Of a DNA stretch of 47,077 bases, positions 18,639-27,006 are shown piece after piece. Origin of the DNA: an uncultured Candidatus Cloacimonadota bacterium (GTDB taxonomy: Bacteria; Cloacimonadota; Cloacimonadia; Cloacimonadales; TCS61); the NCBI GenBank assembly GCA_964419355.1, contig CAYQOZ010000002.1, forward strand, positions 1-47,077, read 5' to 3'. Positions within the stretch are counted from its first letter, which is position 1; every line of letters begins with the position of its first letter. Below the pieces are notes generated by a model. That model did no database searches. It saw only the letters and a program-made list of their open reading frames with translations, and had not been told where the DNA came from. A program made the translations under genes and the position numbers.

Positions 18639-18673
18639 CACTTTATGTTCATTCTTAAAATAATTTCTTGACA
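18400..18673 (+). repeat. Direct repeat copy 2 (274 bp)
   Basis: See copy 1. It lies immediately upstream of the rpmH leader. Confidence 0.95.
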
Positions 18674-18771
18674 TTCAAAAGGTTGTCTTGATTTTAGCCT
18701 TTCCTCGTAAGAGAATATAAAATAAGAAGTTATCTAAATAAAGATATGATTAATTTGAAAAGGAGAATGTG

Positions 18772-18912
18772 ATGAAAAGGACTTATCAACCTCATAATCG
18801 AAAGCGCAGAAATAAACATGGATTTCGTGCTAGAATGAAGAGCAAATCTGGCCGTAAAGTGCTTGCACGCAGAAGACAGAAGAATAGAACTCGCTTAACC
18901 GTAAGCGATTAA
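18772..18912 (+). CDS. rpmH: 50S ribosomal protein L34
   Basis: 46 aa, absent from the ORF track because it is short: [54 protein letters not shown]. The stop overlaps the rnpA ATG (TAATG). Confidence 0.95.
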   Translation: MKRTYQPHNRKRRNKHGFRARMKSKSGRKVLARRRQKNRTRLTVSD

Positions 18913-19235
18913 TGAAATTCATTACCTCGAAAAAAGAGTATCGTGAAGTCTATGATGATAACAAAAGATTGGTCAACAATCTCTTCATATTTCTAATAAA
19001 AAAAATACCAGAAAATTTTTTTCATGTTGGAATTGTCGTTAGTAAAAAGGTTGGAAATGCTGTCGTAAGAAATAAAGTGAAACGGCGTTTAAGAGCATTT
19101 TTACGAGAAAATGAGCAACTGCATCCAACCAATATGAAACTTATTATCATCGCAAAAACTGAAGTCGGAAATGCAAAGTGGAAAAAATTTAAGGAAGATT
19201 TAATTGAAACATTTAAGACATTCGAGAATGTTTAA
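18912..19235 (+). CDS. rnpA: Ribonuclease P protein component
   Basis: 107 aa, basic, with an [12 protein letters not shown] (RNR) motif. Canonical position after rpmH. Confidence 0.9.
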   Translation: MKFITSKKEYREVYDDNKRLVNNLFIFLIKKIPENFFHVGIVVSKKVGNAVVRNKVKRRLRAFLRENEQLHPTNMKLIIIAKTEVGNAKWKKFKEDLIETFKTFENV

Positions 19236-19440
19236 TAAAATAATTTTATTTCTAATCGGCATTTATCGGAAAGTGATTTCACCACACCTTCCTCCAACTT
19301 GCAGATTCACTCCAACTTGCAGTCAATATTCCGCTCAAGCATTTCACAAATATTCCTTTTTCAAGGCTATGAAATTATCAATTGTTAGAATTTTTAAATG
19401 CCATCCGTTTCATTCGGGTGGACACGACCCACTTCCATAA
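19228..19440 (+). CDS. yidD: Membrane protein insertion efficiency factor YidD
   Basis: [31 protein letters not shown] is the hallmark YidD motif. The start could be 19228 (MFNKI) or 19204. Confidence 0.88.
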   Translation: MFNKIILFLIGIYRKVISPHLPPTCRFTPTCSQYSAQAFHKYSFFKAMKLSIVRIFKCHPFHSGGHDPLP

Positions 19441-19452
19441 AAAGGAGAAAAA

Positions 19453-21057
19453 ATGGATAAAAAAACGTTAATTGCTTTGTTCTTGATTTTGATAGTATTC
19501 TGGATTAGTAGCGAATTTATTTGGAAACCAAATCAAGAAAGAAAAGTGCAAGAGCTGAAAAATCAACAAGTTACTCAAATAGATGAGCAAAAACCCTCAA
19601 AACAGATTCAAAATATTACATCTCCACAAATTAATGAAATCCATTCTGAAACGAGTGAAACTAACATTGATATTAACGATTTCATGACTTTGGAAAATGA
19701 GAAGATTAAATTGGTTTTCAGCAATAAAGGTGCGGTTATTAATTCGGTAAAATTAAAAGGTTTTTATCTCGAAGATAAAGAAAATTTTGTGGAATTAATT
19801 CCTAACGAAAATGTACTCTTAAATCTTAAATTGACCGATTCTTTTGAATCAATAATTAATTTAAAAAACACAGTTTTTGAGCATTCCCAAACTGCAAATA
19901 CGATATCTTTTTTCACAACAATTAACAATCGAACAGTCAAAAAAATCTTCACTATCGGCAATGAGTATAATCTTGAAATGGAAATACAAATTGATAATTT
20001 TAATGAGATTAGTGGTTACGAGCTTGCCTTTGATAGCGGGATTGCGGACACTGAAAAATATTTAAAAATGAAATCGAACGATTATCAGATGGTTTATCAA
20101 ATTGCTAATGTACAAGATGAAATTAAGCTTCGAAAGCTAAAAGAAGAGCAAAAAATTAGCGGAAAAGTAAATTGGGCAGCGATAAAATCTAAATATTTTA
20201 CGATGGCTATTATCCCAAATGACCTAATTGATACTCGCAAATTAATTGCTTTTAAAAACAATGAAAGTCCAGCCATAAATATGTTTATTGCTCACAATAA
20301 ATATTCTCTAAATCACCATTTTAAAATCTATTTTGGACCACTCGATTACAACAATTTAGTTGCGTATGAGAATGGTTTAGAGAATGTGGTAGAATTAGGA
20401 TGGAAACCGCTACAATGGATTGGGAAAATTTTCAAACAATTTCTCAATTTTTTAAATGGATTTATTCCAAGTTGGGGAGTTTGTATAATTATTTTTGCGA
20501 TAATTCTAAAAATGCTTTTGTATCCGCTTACACATAAATCTTTTGAATCAACCACCAAAATGCAAAAGGTGCAACCTTTGATAAAAGAAATTCAAGCAAA
20601 ATATAAAGGTGATGCTCAAACGATGAATGCTGAAATGAAAAAGCTGTATAAAGAACACGGTGTAAATCCGCTTGGTGGCTGTTTGCCAATGCTTTTGCAA
20701 ATGCCAGTAATCTTTGCACTTTATCCAATTCTACGTTACTCTATTTCACTTCGTCAGGCAAGTTTTATGTGGTTACCAGACCTTTCCGAGCCTGACCCAA
20801 AATGGGCTCTTCCCATTTTGATGGCTGTATTTATGTTTGTGCAACAAAAACTTATGGCTCCTTCCAAAGCAACGATGGACGGAATGGATGAGAAAGCAAA
20901 AGCCGCTCAACAGAGCCAAAAAATGATGATGTATATGATGCCGATAATGATGTTCTTTATCTTTAAAGGACTCTCTTCTGGCTTAGTTCTTTATTGGACT
21001 GTTTTTTCAGTAATCGGTTCAATTCAACAATATTTTATTAAGAAAAAATTTAATTAG
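19453..21057 (+). CDS. yidC: Membrane protein insertase YidC
   Basis: 534 aa. N-terminal TM helix, large periplasmic domain, then ILKMLLYPLTHKS, MQKVQPLIKEIQAKYKGD and NPLGGCLPMLLQMPVIFALY. Confidence 0.93.
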   Translation: MDKKTLIALFLILIVFWISSEFIWKPNQERKVQELKNQQVTQIDEQKPSKQIQNITSPQINEIHSETSETNIDINDFMTLENEKIKLVFSNKGAVINSVKLKGFYLEDKENFVELIPNENVLLNLKLTDSFESIINLKNTVFEHSQTANTISFFTTINNRTVKKIFTIGNEYNLEMEIQIDNFNEISGYELAFDSGIADTEKYLKMKSNDYQMVYQIANVQDEIKLRKLKEEQKISGKVNWAAIKSKYFTMAIIPNDLIDTRKLIAFKNNESPAINMFIAHNKYSLNHHFKIYFGPLDYNNLVAYENGLENVVELGWKPLQWIGKIFKQFLNFLNGFIPSWGVCIIIFAIILKMLLYPLTHKSFESTTKMQKVQPLIKEIQAKYKGDAQTMNAEMKKLYKEHGVNPLGGCLPMLLQMPVIFALYPILRYSISLRQASFMWLPDLSEPDPKWALPILMAVFMFVQQKLMAPSKATMDGMDEKAKAAQQSQKMMMYMMPIMMFFIFKGLSSGLVLYWTVFSVIGSIQQYFIKKKFN

Positions 21058-21067
21058 AGGAAAAAAT

Positions 21068-21556
21068 ATGCGCGAAATTTTAGAAACAGGAAAATCCACT
21101 TCCAAAATAATCTCTAAATTTATGAAAACACACAATCTTAAATTAGATGATTTTAGGTTTGAAGTTATCGAAGAAGGTTCGAGAGGTTTTTTGAACCTTT
21201 TTGGACAAAAGCCAACCACAATCAAGTTTTTATTGCCAAATTCTTCAAATAAATTGCAGGAATTTACGGAAAATTTGCTAGAAAAAATGGATATTAAATA
21301 CTCAGAAATTAATATCAATAGTAGAAAAGACACTTATTTTATCAGCATCAAGGGAGTTGACAATCCTGGATTTTTAATTGGCAAAGAAGGAAAAATGCTT
21401 GATAGTTTTCAATACATTTTGAATCAAATGATTAATAAATTTGAGAAGAGAAAAAATACCGTCAAAGTTGACGTTGATGGCTATCGCAAAAGAAAGAAAA
21501 CAGCAACAAATACCGCAAAAAAAACTTCTAGGAAAATTCAAAAAAGTGCAAGATGA
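21068..21556 (+). CDS. Jag/KhpB-like RNA-binding protein (Jag_N plus KH), lacking the usual R3H domain
   Basis: Position after yidC. KH-type GFLIGKEGKMLDSFQYIL and the linker VDVDGYRKRKK. The ORF ends 13 codons after an A8 run (21517-21524) and has no R3H segment. Confidence 0.7.
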   Translation: MREILETGKSTSKIISKFMKTHNLKLDDFRFEVIEEGSRGFLNLFGQKPTTIKFLLPNSSNKLQEFTENLLEKMDIKYSEININSRKDTYFISIKGVDNPGFLIGKEGKMLDSFQYILNQMINKFEKRKNTVKVDVDGYRKRKKTATNTAKKTSRKIQKSAR

Positions 21557-22211
21557 AAATATTTTGGAAGCTTTGCTCAATGAAAATAAACTTAAATTAG
21601 AAAATGTGGCAGGCTTCAAATTTGATAAATTCGACAACTATGTTTACTTAGCTGTTGAACCCAAACCACCATATATTAGTATTAAAGAGGATACTCAAAA
21701 AAATATATTTTATGTGGGTCCATTTCGAGACAGATTTTTTTTGTTAGATGCGTTAGACAGTTTTCAGCAATTTTTTGGTGAGCCTACTTTTGAACTAATC
21801 ATCAATTCCTATTTGCAAGTTAACCAGCAAAATCTGAAAGAATTGGAAACAAAATTGAATGAAAATATGGAAAATTTAGATTTCATTGAAGCAGAAAAAA
21901 TAAAACGTTTCAAAAAACACATCGAAAAATTTTATGAATTGATTAAGTTTTTTCTTATAACTAAAGAGCTAAATATGAAATTACAAACCTGCGATATCAA
22001 AAGTGGAATGATAGAAAAAATGGGTAATAAAAAATTTTCTATTCCCAAAATTGAATATAGAAAAAATGAGTTGATGGCTTTTAATAAGGATGAGTTTTGG
22101 GAAAGATGGATAATCTTTAAACATTTCCAAAACGAAAAAACTAATGATGAAATTTACGAAAGAAATAAAACAAAAATGGTAAAATATTTTAAAGAGTTTT
22201 ATGAAATTTAA
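21441..22211 (+). CDS. Hypothetical protein with a UVR-like helical motif; start uncertain
   Basis: The first 116 nt overlap the jag-like ORF in the +1 frame. Nt 21834-21932 encode LKELETKLNENMENLDFIEAEKIKRFKKHIEKF, which resembles the UvrB/UvrC UVR motif. NIFYVGPFRDRF is only vaguely GIY-YIG-like. Confidence 0.5.
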   Translation: MRREKIPSKLTLMAIAKERKQQQIPQKKLLGKFKKVQDENILEALLNENKLKLENVAGFKFDKFDNYVYLAVEPKPPYISIKEDTQKNIFYVGPFRDRFFLLDALDSFQQFFGEPTFELIINSYLQVNQQNLKELETKLNENMENLDFIEAEKIKRFKKHIEKFYELIKFFLITKELNMKLQTCDIKSGMIEKMGNKKFSIPKIEYRKNELMAFNKDEFWERWIIFKHFQNEKTNDEIYERNKTKMVKYFKEFYEI

Positions 22212-22572
22212 TGTGTTAATAGTCGATGATAATATCTCAGTTACCGACCTTCTAACAGCTGAATTTGAGGATTATCCCGAATTTAAAATAATCTCTAAAA
22301 ATACTGGTTTTGATGCTTTTTGCGAAGTGATGCAGGGAGATATTGACATTTTGATTAGCGATATTGCAATGCCGGATATGGATGGCTATCAGCTCTATTC
22401 TCGAGCCATCGAATACGATCCAGATTTGCCCATAATTATGATGACCGGATTTGGCTACGACCCCAATCATACTATCATAAAATCGAAAGAATTGGGTTTG
22501 AAAGATGTAATTTTCAAACCTTTTGATATTGAAAAACTTGTGAGTATGATGAGAAAGAGATTAACCCATTAA
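22201..22572 (+). CDS. Single-domain response regulator (CheY-like receiver)
   Basis: 123 aa. VLIVDDN, phospho-acceptor context ILISDIAMPDMDG, IIMMTG and a conserved K in FKPF. Confidence 0.88.
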   Translation: MKFNVLIVDDNISVTDLLTAEFEDYPEFKIISKNTGFDAFCEVMQGDIDILISDIAMPDMDGYQLYSRAIEYDPDLPIIMMTGFGYDPNHTIIKSKELGLKDVIFKPFDIEKLVSMMRKRLTH

Positions 22573-22573
22573 T

Positions 22574-23479
22574 GTGAGATATTTCAAAATATTTTTTTTG
22601 CTGTTTTTCATTTCCAATCTCAGCGGAAAAACTCTCTACAAATTTGATAACATTCATATTTTTGCTGAAGAATCGCAAAAAAAACTTGCTGAAACTATCA
22701 GTTTTCAATTAAATAATAATATCTCTAATTTTCAAAAATCTATTGGAGCTTATGATGATAATTTGGTGCAAATTATTATTGCAAAAGATGGAGCAGAATA
22801 CCACTCTTGGACTCAAAAATCTTCAACAATTATCGAGTTTAGCTCTGCATTTTACAATAATAAAAATCGCACAATTTTCCTAAAAAATCCATCTAATTTA
22901 AGAAGTTTAAATACTATCAATCGTGTTTTGCTACACGAATACATTCATCATTTTATCAATCTTCATATCAAAAATCCACCACTTTGGTTTAATGAGGGAA
23001 TGGCAGTTTATTTTTCTGGAGATTTGGGTATAAACAGAGAATTTAATTTCATCAAAAACTACCTTTTAGGTAACTCTCGCGAACTGGAAATGATGATTTA
23101 CGGTTATCCGCAAAACAGAGTCGAGTGGGAAAGTTTTTATGCAAAATCTGCTTTAGCAATAAAATATTTAGCTTCTAAAAGATCGCAATCTTTTTTTAAT
23201 TTTTGGAATTATGTTTTCGAATCGGGTAATTTCAATTCAGCTTTTATCAAAAGTTTTTCCTTTACACCAAAAGACTTCTCTGCACTTTTTGAAGAGTATG
23301 CAAGAAGTCATTTTCATGCTGAAATATTTATGGCATCTTCAGGAATTATTTGGGGATTGATGCCACTCATTCTCATTATTGGTGTTATTAGAAAAAAAAT
23401 TAAAACAAGAAAAATTGCAACAAAATGGGGAATTGAAGAAGAAATTATTGCAGTGGAAAATAACGATGTTTCCAAATAA
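22574..23479 (+). CDS. HExxH metallopeptidase-like (peptidase MA/gluzincin-like) protein with a C-terminal TM anchor
   Basis: GTG start and signal peptide. LLHEYIHHF plus WFNEGMAVYF (HExxH plus a downstream Glu). C-terminal helix GIIWGLMPLILIIGVI. Confidence 0.6.
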   Translation: MRYFKIFFLLFFISNLSGKTLYKFDNIHIFAEESQKKLAETISFQLNNNISNFQKSIGAYDDNLVQIIIAKDGAEYHSWTQKSSTIIEFSSAFYNNKNRTIFLKNPSNLRSLNTINRVLLHEYIHHFINLHIKNPPLWFNEGMAVYFSGDLGINREFNFIKNYLLGNSRELEMMIYGYPQNRVEWESFYAKSALAIKYLASKRSQSFFNFWNYVFESGNFNSAFIKSFSFTPKDFSALFEEYARSHFHAEIFMASSGIIWGLMPLILIIGVIRKKIKTRKIATKWGIEEEIIAVENNDVSK

Positions 23480-23504
23480 AATTTGGAGATGAGGTAAACA
23501 AGAC

Positions 23505-24281
23505 ATGAAAGAATTTGATAAATTGATAAAAATAGTAGCAAATTTGAGAAATCTCGATGGTGGCTGTCCGTGGGATATTAAGCAAACTCATCAATCGTTG
23601 ATTCCAAATTTCATCGAAGAACTATACGAATCTATCGAAGCAATTGAAAATAATGATTATCAACATCTTGCAGAAGAATTGGGAGATTTGATGCTACATA
23701 TTGTGATGCAATCACAAATTTCTAAAGAGGAAAAATATTTTTCGATGGAAGATGTTTTGAGCAAAATAAATGACAAACTTATAAGAAGGCATCCACATGT
23801 TTTTGCCGATGGCTATGCTGTCGATGCTAACGGCGTGAAAAAAAATTGGGAAAGAATTAAGTTAGAGGAAAAAAAACAGACGCGAAAATCTGCGATTGAT
23901 GGTATTCCCAAAAAAATGCCGGCGCTAATAGTTGCCCAAAGAATGCAAGAAAAAGCCGCATCTGTGGGATTTGATTGGCCAAATGTACAACCAGCTATCA
24001 AAAAACTTTATGAGGAAACTAAAGAATTTGAAGATGAATTTAAACTTGGAAATTCCAAAAAAATGCGAGAAGAGCTGGGTGATATGATTTTTTCAATTGT
24101 CAATATTGCGAGAATATTGGGTTTCGATGCGGAATCAATATTGAGACAAAATAATGATAAATTTGAAACCCGTTTTAAAAAGATGGAAAAATATTTTAAA
24201 GATGAAAATAAAAGTATGCTTAATGCAAGCTTGGAGCAGTTAGATGAAAAGTGGGAAATTGCAAAGAAAGAGGAAAAATAG
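23505..24281 (+). CDS. mazG: Nucleoside triphosphate pyrophosphohydrolase MazG (tandem MazG domains)
   Basis: 258 aa. CPWDIKQTHQSL, EELYESIEAIE, EELGDLMLHIV, RHPHVF, and second-domain EELGDMIFSIVN. Confidence 0.92.
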   Translation: MKEFDKLIKIVANLRNLDGGCPWDIKQTHQSLIPNFIEELYESIEAIENNDYQHLAEELGDLMLHIVMQSQISKEEKYFSMEDVLSKINDKLIRRHPHVFADGYAVDANGVKKNWERIKLEEKKQTRKSAIDGIPKKMPALIVAQRMQEKAASVGFDWPNVQPAIKKLYEETKEFEDEFKLGNSKKMREELGDMIFSIVNIARILGFDAESILRQNNDKFETRFKKMEKYFKDENKSMLNASLEQLDEKWEIAKKEEK

Positions 24282-25461
24282 AACTCGTTTTGTAAGAACT
24301 TATTTCGTGATTGGTAGCGTGATTTTGATGTCGATTTTCATTTTTTACGCAAATTATGTATTTGAAAATATCAAATCAGAAGTGAAAATCGTTCCCGATC
24401 TTTATTCAAAATTTTTAAGTTTACCGCCGGATGTAAATATGGAATATTTTTTATTTCAATATTTTATGGAAGATATCATTCCAGAAATAAATTATCCCAT
24501 CATTTTAGTAGATAGCCTAAAAAACCCATTTTCTTGGGAAAATATTGATATTCCCAAAAAAGAATTTGTTCAACTTTCTCAAGATCAGCAAAAATTATTG
24601 CTTAAAATGATGCAAAAAATGGAAGCCAGTCATTCTGTAATTCCACTCAAATTCAGTAAAGATGATTCAAAAATTCATAGTTATGTTTTTTTTGGTGATT
24701 CTGATGCGATGAAGCAGGTAAAAAAAATGCCCTATTTTGGTATGGGTTTGATTATGGTTTTTATTTTTTTGGGAATTTACGGTGTCGTAATTATTAAGAA
24801 AAATGAGCGAGATATTTTGTGGGTCGGTTTGGCAAAAGAGACTGCACATCAGTTTGGAACGCCACTTTCATCACTTTCGGCTTGGTTGAATATTCTTGAA
24901 AATAAGCTTGGCAACAAAAAGAGAGATATTCAAGAAATTATTGATAGTATGAATTTCGATTTGAACAGACTAAATACAGTTGCTTCCAGATTTGGAAAAG
25001 TTGGCTCGGATATCAAACACAAAAATTCAAAATTGCATCTTATTATTTCTGAAATTTTAATGCATTTTCAAAACAGATTACCCCAAAAGATTAAGTTACA
25101 TTTTATTAACGAAATACCAAATTTTGAGGTTAAGATCGATACCGATTTAATAAAATGGACATTAGAAAATTTAATTAAAAATTCTCTTGATGCGATGCAA
25201 AATAAAAGTGGTGAAATCATCATCAAAGCTTTCAAAAAAAATAATAGAATCCATCTTCAGATAATTGATGAAGGCAGCGGAATGCCAAAATCTATGTTCA
25301 AAAATATTTTTAAACCAGGTATAACAACCAAGAAGCGTGGTTGGGGTTTGGGGCTTAGTTTGGCGAAACGAATTGTCGAGGAGTATCATCACGGTAAAAT
25401 TCGTGTGTTGGAAAGTTCTGACAAAGGTTCGATACTTGAAATAATATTGCCGGAGGAGTAG
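24244..25461 (+). CDS. Sensor histidine kinase (two TM helices, HisKA plus HATPase_c)
   Basis: H-box ETAHQFGTPLSSL, N-box ENLIKNSLDAM, G1 IIDEGSGM, G2 GWGLGLSLAKRIV. Confidence 0.88.
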   Translation: MKSGKLQRKRKNRTRFVRTYFVIGSVILMSIFIFYANYVFENIKSEVKIVPDLYSKFLSLPPDVNMEYFLFQYFMEDIIPEINYPIILVDSLKNPFSWENIDIPKKEFVQLSQDQQKLLLKMMQKMEASHSVIPLKFSKDDSKIHSYVFFGDSDAMKQVKKMPYFGMGLIMVFIFLGIYGVVIIKKNERDILWVGLAKETAHQFGTPLSSLSAWLNILENKLGNKKRDIQEIIDSMNFDLNRLNTVASRFGKVGSDIKHKNSKLHLIISEILMHFQNRLPQKIKLHFINEIPNFEVKIDTDLIKWTLENLIKNSLDAMQNKSGEIIIKAFKKNNRIHLQIIDEGSGMPKSMFKNIFKPGITTKKRGWGLGLSLAKRIVEEYHHGKIRVLESSDKGSILEIILPEE

Positions 25462-25462
25462 A

Positions 25463-26959
25463 ATGTTTGTTTTATCACGCAAAGAAATGTATGAACTGGA
25501 CCAATACACGACAGAAAAAATTGGAATTCCGAGTAAAAAATTAATGGAAAATGCTGGAGAAGGTTGTAGCAAATTTATAAAAAATCTGATTACAGCGAAT
25601 AGTAAAATTTCGATTTTTTGTGGATCTGGAAATAATGGTGGTGATGGATTTGTAATTGCACGCCATCTGAAAAAATGGAAACCGATTATTTATTTGCTGG
25701 GAAATCCACAGAAAATGAGTTCCGAAACTTATAGCAATTATCAGCTTTGCATAAACTTGAATATTACGATAATCAAATTAACCAAAGTCGAGCAGTTAGA
25801 AAATCTGCAAGAAAATGATTTATTGATTGATGCTCTATTCGGAGTTGGCTTGAAAGGAGCTGTGTGTGATTTTGCTGCGGAGGTAATTGCTAAAATTAAT
25901 CAATCTCAAATTATGGTTGCCAGCATAGATATTGCCAGCGGAATCGATGCTGATACTGGAAATTCTGAACGAGCAATTACCGCAAAACATACCTTTACGA
26001 TGGCAGCTTTTAAGCGAGGTCAAATTTTAGAAGAGGGCAGAAAACACAGCGGAAAAGTACAAATAATTGATATTGGAATTCCTCCAAAAGTTTATGAAAA
26101 GTTTCCACCCAAAGCAAAATTGATAACGGAAGAAAATGTAAAATATCCCGTTCGCTCTCAACTTTCTCACAAAGGTAATTATGGAAAAATTGGAATTATT
26201 GCCGGCTCCCCCGGATTTTCGGGTGCAGCAATTATGGCTTGTCGAGCGGCTCTTCGTAGTGGTGCTGGGCTCGTTACTCTCTTTCATCCGCAAAAAATGG
26301 AGACAATTTTTGAAACGCAACTTCTGGAAGTGATGACTCTTCATTTACCCGATTTTTCCAACAATATTGAAGAAAATGCAGAAAAAAGTAACTTCATTAA
26401 AAAAATAAATTCGATGGATGCGTTGCTGTTCGGTCCAGGAATTGGCATTTCAGCACATTCAAAAAATCTGCTGCAATTAATTTTGAAAACTTGGGAAAAA
26501 CCTTTAGTCCTCGATGCTGATGGTTTAAATATTTTAGCGAAAGATGAAAAACTGCTGAATTTACTGACCAAAAAAATTATTCTCACACCTCATCTCGAAG
26601 AATTTTCTCGACTTTCAAAAAAATCTATTTCAGATATTTTTTCCAACCCTTTGAAAGAGTTGGAAAGATTCCATAAAAAAAACGAATGCAGTATTTTATT
26701 GAAAAGTGCGACCACTATTTTTTATGATGGAGAAGAATTTATATTTGATATTTCTGGCAATGATGGACTCGCTACTGGTGGGAGTGGTGATGTTTTGGCT
26801 GGAATTATTCTCTCATTTTTGGGACAGAAATTATCTTCCAAAAATGCCGCAATTTCGGCTTCCTATCTTTTGGGAAAAACTGCCGAAAAATTGGCAAAAA
26901 TCAGAAAATCTGCCTCTATTATTCCATCCGATATTATTGATGAAATATTTAAATATTAG
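25463..26959 (+). CDS. nnr: Bifunctional NAD(P)H-hydrate repair enzyme Nnr (epimerase/dehydratase)
   Basis: 498 aa. YjeF_N motif CGSGNNGGDGFV. C-terminal carbohydrate-kinase-like domain HKGNYGKIGIIAGS...GGSGDVLAGI. Confidence 0.9.
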   Translation: MFVLSRKEMYELDQYTTEKIGIPSKKLMENAGEGCSKFIKNLITANSKISIFCGSGNNGGDGFVIARHLKKWKPIIYLLGNPQKMSSETYSNYQLCINLNITIIKLTKVEQLENLQENDLLIDALFGVGLKGAVCDFAAEVIAKINQSQIMVASIDIASGIDADTGNSERAITAKHTFTMAAFKRGQILEEGRKHSGKVQIIDIGIPPKVYEKFPPKAKLITEENVKYPVRSQLSHKGNYGKIGIIAGSPGFSGAAIMACRAALRSGAGLVTLFHPQKMETIFETQLLEVMTLHLPDFSNNIEENAEKSNFIKKINSMDALLFGPGIGISAHSKNLLQLILKTWEKPLVLDADGLNILAKDEKLLNLLTKKIILTPHLEEFSRLSKKSISDIFSNPLKELERFHKKNECSILLKSATTIFYDGEEFIFDISGNDGLATGGSGDVLAGIILSFLGQKLSSKNAAISASYLLGKTAEKLAKIRKSASIIPSDIIDEIFKY

Positions 26960-27006
26960 AAAACAAAATTTTAGGTACGATACTTCACCTCAAAACATTG
27001 CCATTT

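Noticed and set aside
15129-18673. Interpreting the 274-bp repeats as IS/transposon ends or a target-site duplication
   Set aside because: There is no transposase or integrase ORF and no terminal inverted repeats. The repeats are direct and far longer than any known TSD. A homologous-recombination origin is more plausible.
18640-18771. Replication origin (oriC) next to rpmH-rnpA-yidD-yidC-jag
   Set aside because: This cluster often neighbours dnaA/oriC. However, no dnaA is present and I found no exact TTATCCACA/TGTGGATAA boxes in the flanking intergenic regions.
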